A stretch of DNA of 64,000 nucleotides from Haliotis rubra (taxonomy: Eukaryota): positions 186,001-250,000 of the forward strand of contig NW_025767451.1 of NCBI RefSeq assembly GCF_003918875.1, read 5' to 3'. This document shows, piece after piece, positions 25,635 through 38,130 of this stretch. The stretch's first letter is position 1; the number at the start of each line of letters is the position of its first letter. The position numbers were made by a program, and so were the translations under genes. The notes beneath the pieces were generated by a model. It made no database searches. It had not been told where the DNA came from and was given only the letters and a program-made list of their open reading frames with translations.

Positions 25635-28600
25635 CTATGCAAGAGCTGTCTTTGCTGCTTCCAAAATCTCCTTGGCTTGTCCAAATTCCTCTCTTTCTGA
25701 TAAATCACTCTCTTTTTGCTGCAAAGAAAAACAAAAAGTCTCCTTGTTAAACATGATAATCAAGAATCTGAAAAGTTGGAGTTAGATCTAAGCTGGACAA
25801 AACAAAATCTCATTTTGCAATTCTTTTCACGTGGAATCTCATTATAACCCAATTTTCAATCTTTCAATGTTGCCCCATGGAATGAACATAGTTGAATCAC
25901 TGAAGTAGCCATGTGTTAAAATGTTTGCTCATCACGGCAAAGAGCAGGGTTCGATTCCCCAATTCTGGTGTCCCCTGCCATGATATTGTTAAAAGAGGTC
26001 TAAAACTAAAGTCACTCACATAGTTAAATCTGGCAAACAAGTTGTTGAAGGTGTGAGCAACACTGTAATTCACATGATTAATTGCTACACCAATTATCAC
26101 TATCAGGGAAACACCTGGCATTAGAACTGTGGCCAGAGGGTAAAAGTTAGCAGAGGCCAATGGCATTACATACATCTGGGCAGGGTCATTGACCCCTTCA
26201 AACACACATGTCCCTCCCTTTCTGGATAAAATGTATCCATGGCCTAAGTAACAGCGGTCCATGACCCTATATTTCTGAACAAAATGAGCTTCATAATGCA
26301 ATATATCCGACCAATATGAGCAATAAACCTACTGCAATAAACCTCACAGCAACTGTATACATCTGACGAAATATGAACTTCATAACACTTTGTGTCTGAC
26401 CAATACTGTTCCATCATACTATATTTCTCATCAATAAATACTTGGAGCTATTTCTGAACTATATAAGGCTCCATAATGCTATGTAGCTGACTAATACTGT
26501 GCCATGACCCTATATTTGTCAACAATGTACGATCCATGATGCTGTAGTTTATAATATCAATATATAATCTGTGGCTAAATATTTTCAACACCAGGTCCAT
26601 CATTTTAGTGCTACTGGGCCACTTATGTCATAACTATCTCAGTCATAATCATGATAAAGAAGCTCTATGTTAATTTTAATGACTGTGTTATGGATGAACT
26701 CACAAGTATCTGCTCCAGCTCTTCGTACGCTGTCTTCAGCCTCTTCTTCGTGTCCGGGATCATCATACGGGACTCCTGCAGAACCTCAGTCTGTAACCAT
26801 GGTAACAATCCAAGTCACATACGTCCAACAGTCACATGTGTCAAGTTAGAGAAGGTATGGGCTATTACTATTCCTCACCCTCACACTTATCAATAACCCC
26901 CCGACAGGACAGCAGCCTGAGCATGATCATGTCTGGACCAGGCTACACAGAGACTGATACTCAGTACGATGATACACACACTGGGTACAATGACCATTCG
27001 AGTCGGACCATTTGGTTGCTTTATACAATAAGCAGGAATCAGGCAAAAACAGAATTGTGCAACTTCAGGAAGACTGAAATGAACAATTCAGGGGCTGTGA
27101 AAGCGCATTTTGATATACTGTACTGTTCTAAGTAATCTGATTGGGTGCAATGTTATTTTAATTAGTGGAGTTATTTGGATTCACTTACTTGAAAAATATT
27201 GCATCAACTAAGACCCCGTATGAAAAGGCTAGCATTTCACAAAATTGTTGAGTCAAATACGCTGGAAATTCATGTGTTATGTATGACCCTGCACTGTGTG
27301 AATCCAAAATCATGTCCTGTAACTGAATTCTCACAGTACTGCATGGTTCAGTGACAGAGACAACAAGAGCAGTAATACAGGAGTAGTATAGGGAATGATA
27401 GTTTCGGACCAGGTCCCTATAAGTCATAATTTTTACGATCCATTGCCCCTGTGGGAGTAAAACATATTGTTTGAATGATTGTGCACCAAGAAGTGAGTGA
27501 ATATGGTTTCACGCCGCTTTTAGCAATGTTCCAGCAATATATCACGGCGGGGTACACCAGGAATGGGCTTCACACATTGTGCCCATGTGGGGAATCAAAC
27601 TCAGGTCTTCGATGTGACGAGCCAACGCTTTAACCATTAGGCTGCCCCACTGCCCCATGAACAAGCAAGAGAAATTGAGATACCAGGATTTAGAGATGGA
27701 TTCGCTTGGAAGAGTGGAATAAAGAAGCCTTAAAATCTGTAGGGCACCATGAGTTTCTGCAACCCAAATGCAATGGAACCAAAAAGCCCAACGTTTTGAG
27801 ATTTTCCATTTAGACATTTGGTGCCCAAGCAGGTATACAGCAACCTATCTGTATTTCCAGAAAAATGGCAGTCGAAGCAACATAAATATGGGCATTGCGA
27901 GACAAAAAAAGGGGTGGCATACCACTCCTACTGGAAAATATTGTGGGAAGCAATCTTCTACCCGACATTGCCCGTGTAGACTATCTCGATGGCAATCTCG
28001 TCAAAACAAATCTCCAACCACTGGAAGGTCTACCTTCATTTGTGGACGATATCTATGTATTTGGCTATCTTCGACGAAAAGACTGTGTCTATAGAAAAGG
28101 AGATGTGTATTGTATCCTTGTATTGTAGTTTCCAACATAGCGAGTGCAGTACGCGAATCTTTCAAGGGGGCTTTTGTCATAGCTCGTAGAGCCTTTTGGA
28201 CCCGATACCGAAGCTCTTTTTCACCTTGGCTGCTGGGAGCACACCGCAAAGGGCGCGAATTTCGTTGATCTTGTCGAAGGACAAATCTCTTTTTGGTGGC
28301 ATGGTGTTTTTTCCCTGGGTATATATATCCCATACTTTTCTATATGTCTATATGGAAATCCCATCCACCCTACATGTCTATTTGGGAATCCCAATCCTCT
28401 CCCATCCTCCCTACAAACCCAGGAAAATACCGCACAGAACTGGGAATTTGCTAGACTTGCCAGACGTTTCCTAGATTTGCCAGACGTTTGCCAGAATTGT
28501 CAGACGTTTGCTAGAAAAATGATTTTTCTATGCCGATGGCGTTTATGGCCTTTCTTTCTCGCCATTTGAAAGCAACTCGTTTGTTCGGGGGTAGCATCGT

Positions 28601-31600
28601 ATCTGGATTTGGACCTTGGGAATGTAGCTGCATCAGCCTACGACTTTGAGATAGTATAGTTCTCGTATGGGGAGCTTTTGTGTAGCATCGTAGTGGTCCT
28701 ATTTCTACTCCTGTAGGTGTAGCGGCTAAAATGTCAACTCGAAATAGAGGACATGCCCGGAATCCAAAATCGGCTGTAGCCCATTCTACGGCACAGTTCC
28801 ATCGAGCATCGTCTTCTACATTGGCTTTGGTGGGTTGTACTTGGATTCCGGATACTCTTCCCGTGCACATGTGCTGCATGTGCGCATACCAACACACAAA
28901 GATAGTCCCCTGGGGTCTGTCCGCAAGCACCATGCAACGGTCTAGACATTTCGATAGATTCTCCCACCTCTTTGCCGGTGGTTGTACGACGAATAGGTTT
29001 TCTCCCAAGAATAGCTCTAGTGCTTCGTCTAGCAAATTGTCGGCCAGTGCTGTGTTGGTCCTGTGCGTGTACAAAGAAACCTCTATGCGAGTACAACCTC
29101 TACTCTGGACATCTGGATGGAGAAAGGGTTTCTGAGATGTTCGTTGGAACAGTCCGCATAGTCGGCTAAATGGCCACCGATGTGTTCTCGTAGTTTTCCG
29201 GCTTCGAATTTAGAAACTACTTTGATGTAGATTTTTGTTGGCATGGTATAGCCATTCCAGGTTCCAAACCCAAGTACATACTTGGTTGCCTACACTACCC
29301 GTATTGTCTAGAATGGTAGGCCCTCGCAGTCCATGGCTGTTGCAAGATCTCTTTGTTTTCGAAGGTTGTGTCTCTTTTGGAGGTATTCCATGAGACTCTT
29401 TCTATCTAGGGTGCTGGAGAAATCCCTCGTATAGTCGATAGAATACAGTCCATGGCCATGTGCCAATAGGAATCGTTCGAATTTGAAAACACTGGCTTGT
29501 ATTTGCTCCATGGGTATTTCCGAGACATCCACTTTTGCCACGACTATTCCGAATATCAGGTCATCCAGGTAGAGATTCCCATTGTGTCTTAGCCGCAGAA
29601 TTGGTTTCTTTCTCGATTCTTCGTACAGTGTACCGTATTGCAGAGGGGGCATCTATGGCATATTGTAGTGTATGCAAGATTTTCGTTTGCACGTAGCCCT
29701 CCTCTAGCTCGAAAGATTCACGTACTGCACTCGCTATGTTGGCAACTAAAACGGATGCCTTTCCTTTTTCTCCGATGGTGCAATACACATCTCCTTTTCT
29801 ATAGACACAGTCTTTTCCGTCGAAGATAGCCAAATACATAGATATCGTCCACAAATGTAGGTAGACCTTCCAGTGGCTGGAGATTTGTTTTGACGAGATT
29901 GCCATCGAGATAGTCTACACGGGCAATGTCCGGTAGAAGATTGCTTCCCACAATATTTTCCAGTAGGAGTGGTATGCCACCGCTTTTTTTGTCTCGCAAA
30001 GCCCATATTTTGATAAGTTGCTTCGACTGCCATTTTTCTGGAAATACAGATAGGTTGCTGTATACCTGCTTGGGCACCAAATGTCTAAATGGAAAATCTC
30101 AAAACGTTGGGCTTTTTGGTTCCATTGCATTTGGGTTGCAGAAACTCATGGTGCCCTACAGATTTTAAGGCTTCTTTAATCCACTCTTCCAAGCGAATCC
30201 ATCTCTAAATCCTGGTATCTCAATTTCTCTTGCTTGTTCATGGGGCGGTGGGGTAGCCTAATGGTTAAAGCGTTGGCTCATCACATCGAAGACCTGAGTT
30301 TGATTCCCCACATGGGCACAATGTGTGAAGCCCATTCCTGGTGTATGGAAATACAGATAGGTTGCAAATGTCTAAATGGAAAATCTCGAAACGTTGGGCT
30401 TTTTTGGTTCCATTGTATTTGGGTTGCAGAAACTCATGTTGCCCTACAGATTTAAGGCTCCTATAACGTAAGCTCAAATTTCTGGTTTGCCCAAACAACG
30501 GTTCCGTTTTCGAGCACGACTCTGCTAGATCTTTCTCCTTCCCACTTACTCCAACCTATAATCTTTGCCGTTTTTCCTGCTACGACGGGTTTTTTTTCTG
30601 TACGCCTCCTTTGCAGAAAAGAATCCGCTCTTCCAAGCGTATCCATCACTAAATCCTGGTATCTCAATTTATCTTGCTTGTTCATTTTCGTTATACTTCT
30701 AACAATATCCTAGCTCTAATACATTTTTCACGTATAATTTTACAGACGTCAAATGATGGTCCACCATCGTTCAAACAATATTTTTTACTCCCACAGGGCA
30801 ATGGATCGTAAAAAATATGACAGAGCAAAGTCAACATAGCCGAGCAATGTAATAGAAAAAACTCTATCAGGGCTGTAAGTAATTTACAGACAGGGGAGAT
30901 AACCTGAGAAAAATCACTTCCATGTGTCCATAGTTTTCAATTTCTTAAAGATACATCAATTGTAAATGTATTTCTGTGGAACACTATCATACCCAGAAAC
31001 TCTCCTGATGTCTTTTGTTGACTAATAAACATGGCCAACACTGCCAAACAATCCTTATCACATAGACTGTACGCTGTTCTTCCAAACTGGTAAAGTATGA
31101 GGAGGGTCAGATTTTTATACCACACTTTTTCAACAAGTTATTCAAGCATTCTGTCTAATATAACCCAAAAAACATTACTGATTGGTAGGCTATCCACCAA
31201 GAAGCAAAGTGAAAAAGGAACACACGCATCAAATATATTTGTCTGTTCATACGTAAAATAATTAGGGGATAATACACTAATGTGAGGCAGGTAACTAACT
31301 ATTTGAAATGTTAGGGGCAAGCCAACCGCCCTGCGATACTTCACCTGTTTCCGGATATCATGCTCATCAGCTCCGTCATCCTTCAGCTTGTTGACCCGTG
31401 CCTCCAGCGTCTCCACCTCCTTCTCATACATCGACTTCTCTTTTGTCAGTCTGCCACAGAAACCACAGCATTAAAGTGTTATATACAACAACTCACACAA
31501 CACAGTGTGACATTTGCATTCGTGACAATGTTTTTGTTGGCTGTTGCTGTTTCTAGCAGGACGATGTGTTTGCCATGTTCTGTATGTATTAGGCAAACAC

Positions 31601-34600
31601 TTAGTCTCTGAAAATATACGATTGTGATGGAAATAAAGAACTGCATTTACTTTAGAATTAGAAAGAAGCCCCGGCTTTACCAGTAAACTTGGGCTTGCTG
31701 GATTGAAACAATATGACAGACTATATATCTTTATTAAGTATGCCTTTCTAAGCCATTCTGTTGATAGCACTTTAATGAACAATGTTGTGGTTTGTTCATT
31801 GTTTCTAGAGAATGTTACTGGTGTTATACCTGTCAAATGCCTTTGCCTAAGTCTGAAATTTTGGTTCAATTGGGGAGAAGTGGGGTTTGACTGATATGGT
31901 TGGATAGCGTACCAACCCAACACTCTTATGACATAAAATAGTTATACTTATTTTATTTGTCTCTCTTTCAGAAGTGGTGTTTAATGTCTGAATACTTGGT
32001 AACCAAGGAAATCATTAAACTTTGCAAAACTTCAGAATACTAAAAACTGTTGTTTTTATTTCTTCTAAATGGAAGATACTCCACTATTACTTTTTATTTT
32101 GTGGAAAGGGCCACTATCCAAGGCATATCAATCATTCATATTTTATTTTTACCCTCTCTCTCTCTCTCTTGCACACTCACGTTTGCATACATACAATCTA
32201 TAAACAATGAGTAATTTGTGTATTTTATCTATGAATGCTAGGGGCCTCCAGTCTGATTCGGTAAAGCGAAGGGATATTTTCAGTTTCCTAAGAAAGAGAA
32301 AATCGTCTATTATATTTCTTCAAGAGACACATAGTACTTTAGAAAATGAACAGCAATGGGCAGCTGAATGGGGCTATAGATGTTTTTTCTCACATGGAAC
32401 AAGTAATAGTGGGGGAATATTAATTTTGATTAAAGATAATTTTGAATATGAAGTTCATGAAACAATTTCAGATGACAATGGTCGCTTTGTTATACTTGAC
32501 ATTACAATAGAAAATATTTGATTTTCGGTAACAAATATATACGGACCAGATAAAGATTCGCCAGATTTCTTCCAAGATCTCTTCTCGGAATTAGAACAAT
32601 TACCCGGGGCTATTATTTGGGGTGGGGATTGGAACGTAGCTCAAGATTATTACTTAGATACCTATAATATAAAGCACAGAAATAATACTGGGGCATTTGA
32701 GAAAACTAAGCTATGGTTGGTTGATCCGTGGAGAATTTTTAACCCAGATAAACAACAATATACATGGCGACAAGGCACCGACATTAAACAAAGCAGACTG
32801 GACTATTTCCTTGTCTCTGAAGAAGTTATGTCCCTTGTCAAGCGCGCGTCCATAGATGTGAGTTACAGGTCCGATCATTCTATCATTTCACTTGAGCTTG
32901 CGCTGGGTCCCATGTTAGCGTGGACCGGGTTACTGGAAATTCAATTCGTCCCTACTCTATGACCGTGACTATGTCAATCTTGTTAAAGAAACCATACGTG
33001 ACACTGTCTCTGAATACTATGTCTCTGGAGATTTGGATAACTTAAAAAGTATTGAATTATCAGCGAACGATCAATTATTTTTTGATATACTTAAAATGAA
33101 TATAAGAACTAAAACTGTAGGGTATTCAATTAAGCGAAAAAAACAAAATGAAAAAGAAGAGAAAACGCTGGAACGTGAAATATATGAAATGGAAGCCAGA
33201 TTTTCAACATTAAGTAGTGATGAAAATATAGATTTATGCTTCAAAAAGGAAAAACTTGAAATATTAGAATTGCTAAAGTAAAAGGGCTTATATTTCGGAG
33301 TAAGGCTAGATGGTACGAAGAGGGAGAAAAAAAACCGAATACTTTATGAATTTAGAAAAGAGAAATTATATCAATAAAAATATGGGTGAACTTATAACAC
33401 CAAGCACAGTTCTGACAAGACATATTAAGAGAATCTTCCAACTTTTATAATAATTTGTACAGAAGTAAACATGCAAGTGACTGCCAAAATGACATAGATT
33501 TTTTCAAGAATATCGATGTTAAACTTTCAAATGATAAACGCGGATTTTGTGAAACTGAACTCACGCTTGATGAATGTGCACGAACATTAAAAATATGAAG
33601 AACAGAAAAAGTCCTGGTTTGGACGGTTTTCAGTGCAGAATTTTATAAATTTTTCTGGAATGACATAGGCGTAATTCTCTGGCAATCTATCACATATTCA
33701 TACAAAACGGGAATTTTGTCGGATTTCCAAAGACAAGGTATAATTACATGTATACCAAAAGACTTTCGTGACAGACGCTATTTGAAACATTGGTGACCAA
33801 TTAGTCTTTTAAACGTAGACTATAAAGTTGCATCCGCTGCAACTGCTTCACGATTTATTTAAAGAAGTCCTTCCTGATATAATAAGTGGAACGCAAACAG
33901 GGTTTAAAAAAAATAGATTTATTGGGGAAAATACTAGAATACTGTATGATTTAATGCATTATTGTGAATAACATGAAGTACCAGGTCTTTTGGTTGCAAT
34001 TGATTTTGAGAAAGCATTCGATACAGTTGAGTGGGACTTCATTGACAAAACGTTGGAAGCCTTTAACTTTGGCCCTGTACTTAAAAATTGGGTTAAACTT
34101 TTTCAAAGGAATAGCTGTAGCTCTATTGTCAATTCTGGTACATTATCAGACTTTTTCACTTTAGGGCGTGGTTGTCGTCAAGGCGACCCGGTTGCCCCGT
34201 ACATCTTCGCTGCTTGTGTCGAATTACTAGCTATTGAAATTAGAACAAATAAGAACATAAAAGGAATTAAAATAAAGGCCAGGGTATGGAAAACCTCATT
34301 TTTCAGTACGCAGATGATACCAATTTTACACTTGAAGGATCTGAAAAGGGATTATCTGAACTTAGCTATGATATTAAAATATTTGCTGCCGTGTCTGGTT
34401 TAAACCTCAACTGTGATAAAACCATAGCAATATGGTTTGGTTCCAAGCGAAATTCTAATGAGCAACTCTGTCCGCATATACCTCTTCGTTGGTCGAAAGA
34501 ACCATTCAAAATTCTGGGTATTATTTTTTCAACTAACTTACATGAAATGATTTCACTAAACTTTGAACAACAATTTTCAAAAATTAGAAAAATACTATTT

Positions 34601-36778
34601 TCATGGTCAAACAGATCTTTAACTTTGAGAGGCAGAATTATGATTATCAAATCGCAGATTATCCCCTTTTACACATCTTTTCATGGCGCTTCCTAACCCA
34701 TCTAAGAGCTTCTTTAAACGTTTGAATACTATCCTTTTCAGGTTTATCTGGGGCGACAAACGTGATAAAATTAAAAGAAATATGTTGATAAATGACTATG
34801 AAAAGGGGGGTTTGAAAATGATAGATATCATATCTTTTTGCAACTATATGAAGATTAAATGGATCAGCAGATTATTCAAAGCAAAGGGATTATGGCAGCA
34901 CTTAGTATTTCAAACACTATCGCCTTTTGGGGACATTGATCTCTTTAACTTTCAAGGAGAATTTTTTTTATCCTACTCCAAAAATATTAACAATCTGTTT
35001 TGGAAAGATGTTGTAGTATGCTACAGTTGTATCAATAAAACACATACTGAATGCATTAGTGACTTTATATGTCTACCAATTTTGAATTTTGTACCATATA
35101 CTGATATAGGTCTGTTCGTTTCATGGTATAAAAAAGGAATGAACAATATGCGAGATATTATAACAGACGCTGGTGAAGTGAAACCTTTTCTAATACTAAA
35201 AGAAGAATTTAATCTTCATGAAACATATCTCATATATTTCAGATTTTTGAGAAACAATAAACAATACCTTAATCTTGCTAAGGCAACGCCTCATTATGAT
35301 GAATTAGCCGATACTGACTCTACTATTCTTAAACAAGTATGTAACTCAGCTGACTGTAAATTTGTCTACTCACATTTATGTGATAATCACACAATATCAT
35401 TGGATAATCTTCAACTCAAGTGGGAATCTAAGCTTGATACTGTTTTATCCGATACTTATCTTGCTGACTGTTTTACAATGATTAACGTTGTTACCATAGA
35501 AAATAAGGCTAGGAACTTTCAATTTAAAATAATGCACAGAATAGTCTCAACGAAGTCATTTCTTTGTAAAATAGGTATAATCAGGGTGACATTTGTACTT
35601 TATGTGGCAGAGAAATAGAAACACTCGAGCACTTATTCTTTTTATGTGAGAAAACTAAGCAAACTGGTACAAATTGAAGACTGGTACTCGCCTCAATATT
35701 GATAGCACAAAGTTTTTACTGGGGGACCCTGAGGCAAGTGTATTAGTGAATCACATTTTTATCATTATCAAGCAATATATCAATAAAACAAGATATACCT
35801 CAGCGGAATTAAATTTCGATCAACTTTTTTATTTTATAAAACATCACTACCATTTGGAAAAATATATCTTTGGTGAAGATCACTCAGATTTCAAAAGAAA
35901 ATGTTTATGTCTCTTTCAAAATGATTAAACTAACAAATTGACATAGTGAGGTTTTCTAGGCCGCACTCTTTCATCTTTTCTTATCTCTCTTTCCTTATCT
36001 CTCCTTTCTTTCTTTCCCATCTTTATAAAAATTTTTTACATATTTTGTGTATGTAACGCGAGGTAAAAAAAGGAAAAGAAAACAGCAGAATACAGGCTTC
36101 CACCATAAATTTAAAAAAATGTTTGAATCCGGAAAATGTATACTGTATATACTCGTGAAATGCGTTTTCTGTAATATTTGACTAAATAAAATAAGAAAAA
36201 AAAAAGAAAAAAAAAAGTTGGAAAAGAAAGTCAAAGATAAACAGTATGAACCTTATTTATATTTAGACGTGCATCATTTTGATTCTAGATGGATGAGTCA
36301 CAGGTTTTATCGAGAGACAAGTCACCATGTCAACCCTTCTTTCAGCATCTTATTGTAGAGATACTGAAATTGAGTGACAAAAAGAGCATACGCTGGCTGT
36401 AAATTGCAAGAAAATGGTTGTCATAACACTCTAACTCTAAGAAAGGGAAGAGCTCTATCAAACTGTCAAAAACGACTTTTGATAATATCAATTATTTTAA
36501 CGATTGCTATACCGTGCTAATACTGTCGTAGATATTGTCTGCCAACGAGCTCAGGACACATCGGTAAGACAACTGACGCTATGAAAGCAGAAATCACAAA
36601 TATATACGACCAAACACCCGTGGTAACTGACCTCTTGTTTACACAAGCTGATGTCATGTTGAATCAACGCACGACATTCCACATTTGCATTATACTGCAT
36701 GCATAAAAAGAACGTTAAAACTCGCCTTTTCACAACTCCAGTCCTGATCTTGATTTGCTTTATTCTCTGGTCATCCAT
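25635..36778 (-). CDS. TBCA: Tubulin-specific chaperone A; exons 36726-36778, 31345-31450, 26704-26790, 25635-25718 (109 aa)
   Basis: Spliced product MDDQRIKQIKIRTGVVKRLTKEKSMYEKEV...DIRKQTEVLQESRMMIPDTKKRLKTAYEELEQILQKESDLSEREEFGQAKEILEAAKTALA matches the TBCA family; exon sizes 53/106/87/84; intron 1 uses a GC donor. Confidence 0.93.
27493..27656 (-). mobile_element. tRNA-derived SINE nested in the fold-back element
   Basis: Homology to 5853-6018; a 3'-truncated inverted twin lies at 30242-30345. Confidence 0.85.
28177..28302 (-). pseudogene. Small HTH-like ORF (MPPKRDLSFDKINEIRALCGVLPAAKVKKSFGIGSKRLYEL*)
   Basis: 41-aa ORF with a helix-turn-helix-like pattern (V.K.FGIGSKRLY); TATATATA ~20 nt upstream; broken by a stop next to the inversion breakpoint. 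Confidence 0.5.
28511..30685 (-). pseudogene. Frameshifted large intronless ORF with Rep_trans-like motif order (putative rolling-circle initiator)
   Basis: Joining frames gives ...YSIDYTRDFS...PTILDNTGSVGNQVCTW...TKIYIKVVSKFEAG...IGGHLADY...FLHPDVQSRGCTRIEVSLY...; family assignment is by motif resemblance only. Confidence 0.55.
32050..36216 (+). mobile_element. L1/Tx1-clade LINE (ORF2 from 32207, frameshifted, poly-A tail) in TBCA intron 1
   Basis: SMNARGL...FLQETHS, SRLDYFL and SDHS endonuclease motifs; DFEKAFD, GCRQGDP and QYADD RT motifs; CTLC..ETLEHLFFLC knuckle; A-rich tail at ~36190-36216; empty site in the duplicate at ~52775. Confidence 0.93.
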
Positions 36779-37458
36779 CGTATTATACGGTAATAGGGTT
36801 GTAAGTCAAGTTATTCAAAATGCACACTCGAATGTTCGTCGCCGACCGGTGAAGTTGTGAAAAAATGTGACTGGGCTGGTTCCTTGACACGGAAATAGCT
36901 CTTCAGTCAGAGACGCCGGTCACGGATAGAAATATAGCCAATCAGCATTGAATTTCGTCATGTAATTGGTTTGACCAGTTATGCCTTTCTACGCACTGTC
37001 ATCTATGCGCTCTTACAGAAATCAGTAGACAGGATCCAAGTGTTGCTAATATGATAGAATTTTTTCTACAGGGTTGTGATTGCCTCTTCATCCAATGAAA
37101 CACAAAATCTATGAAAGAAATACCGTACAAATTTGTTCAGAGACCTTACCTACAAATTTTGGTCCATATGTATAGTGTATGTTAGTGTAAGTGTCCACGT
37201 ATAACGCCTAATGACTCATTAGAGATTTACTCATATTCAACCTTCTCTTCGAGCCCCAAACGACCAGCCGCGACAGATAACATGGAAACCAGTCTACAGT
37301 GTCATACATGCGCAGTACGATTCTTGGGTAACTAAGGTATACTTCCGGCATGTGCTTGCTGGATGTGAACTGAATGCCCGACACATCTGTTTAGATTTCT
37401 CAATAGGAAGGACATGAATAACACCCGTGTTGTTATTTATTCTGTATTATCCTAACCA
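36779..37458. promoter_or_regulatory. Putative bidirectional promoter between TBCA and the NAT8-like gene
   Basis: Head-to-head starts 680 bp apart; AGCCAATCAG and ATTGG CCAAT boxes (~36937-36968), TGCGCA (~37309) and ACTTCCGG ETS-like site (37341). All are retained in the duplicate (53525-54065). Confidence 0.55.
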
Positions 37459-38130
37459 ATGTCATCAGGTGTGCACATTCGTCAATGGACAGAAAAAGAC
37501 GCTTCAGGCACTTGGGAGGTGTTAAAAGAGGCAAGCTTCAGTAATCTGTACCCTTCTTTTAAGATCGCTATTTCTAGACCCGCGTCAATCAAACTCGCTT
37601 CTGTCGTTGCCCTTGCTGCAGGAATTGTTTTACAGTCATTTCTAGCGGTTACAGTATCCCTTGTTTTCTATGTGTGCGCTGTGTATGGGTTCAGCTTCTT
37701 TGGCACATTGTACTACTTGTATGGCCCTACTCATTGTGACATGAAAAATGCACGACAAAATTATTTCCGCGACGAAGACGACAATTTTTGGATTGCCGAG
37801 GTTAACGGCGAGATTGCAGGAACAGTCGGGATTGTGAAGAAAACAGCTGGTGACACAGAACGTAAAGTAGCATGGCTGAGACGAATGGCGGTGAAACGGA
37901 ATTTCAGACGTTTAGGAATTGCCAAGAAGTTGGTTTCCACGGTGATCTCCTTTTGTAAACAACGTCACTACGACAAGATAGAACTGATTACGACGGAGGT
38001 GCATCAGCCAGCGAGGAATCTATACTCGAGACTAGGCTTTATTATGGTGGGCTATAAACCCTATAAATATCTCCAGGGGCTGATATCGGTCTGGACATAT
38101 GAGTTTGAATACGAACTGAATGAAAAATGA
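37459..38130 (+). CDS. NAT8/camello-like GNAT N-acetyltransferase (single exon, 223 aa)
   Basis: N-terminal IRQW..D, hydrophobic segment, FWIAEVNGEIAGTVG, LRRMAVKRNFRRLGIAKKL acetyl-CoA motif, ARNLYSRLGF. Confidence 0.88.
   Translation: MSSGVHIRQWTEKDASGTWEVLKEASFSNLYPSFKIAISRPASIKLASVVALAAGIVLQSFLAVTVSLVFYVCAVYGFSFFGTLYYLYGPTHCDMKNARQNYFRDEDDNFWIAEVNGEIAGTVGIVKKTAGDTERKVAWLRRMAVKRNFRRLGIAKKLVSTVISFCKQRHYDKIELITTEVHQPARNLYSRLGFIMVGYKPYKYLQGLISVWTYEFEYELNEK

Larger units (their letters stand above)
27423..30821. mobile_element. Unclassified fold-back mobile element relic in TBCA intron 2
   Basis: Inverted termini GTCATA.TTTTTACGATCCATTGCCC.TGTGGGAGTAAAA (27423-27490 vs ~30755-30821); ~610-bp internal inverted arms; intronless decayed ORFs; absent from the paralogous TBCA intron. 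Confidence 0.75.

Noticed and set aside
27423-30821. Polinton/Maverick, Helitron or DDE transposon assignment
   Set aside because: No PolB, integrase, HUH/helicase or DDE motifs and no TSD visible; being a fragment of a larger element is not fully excluded.
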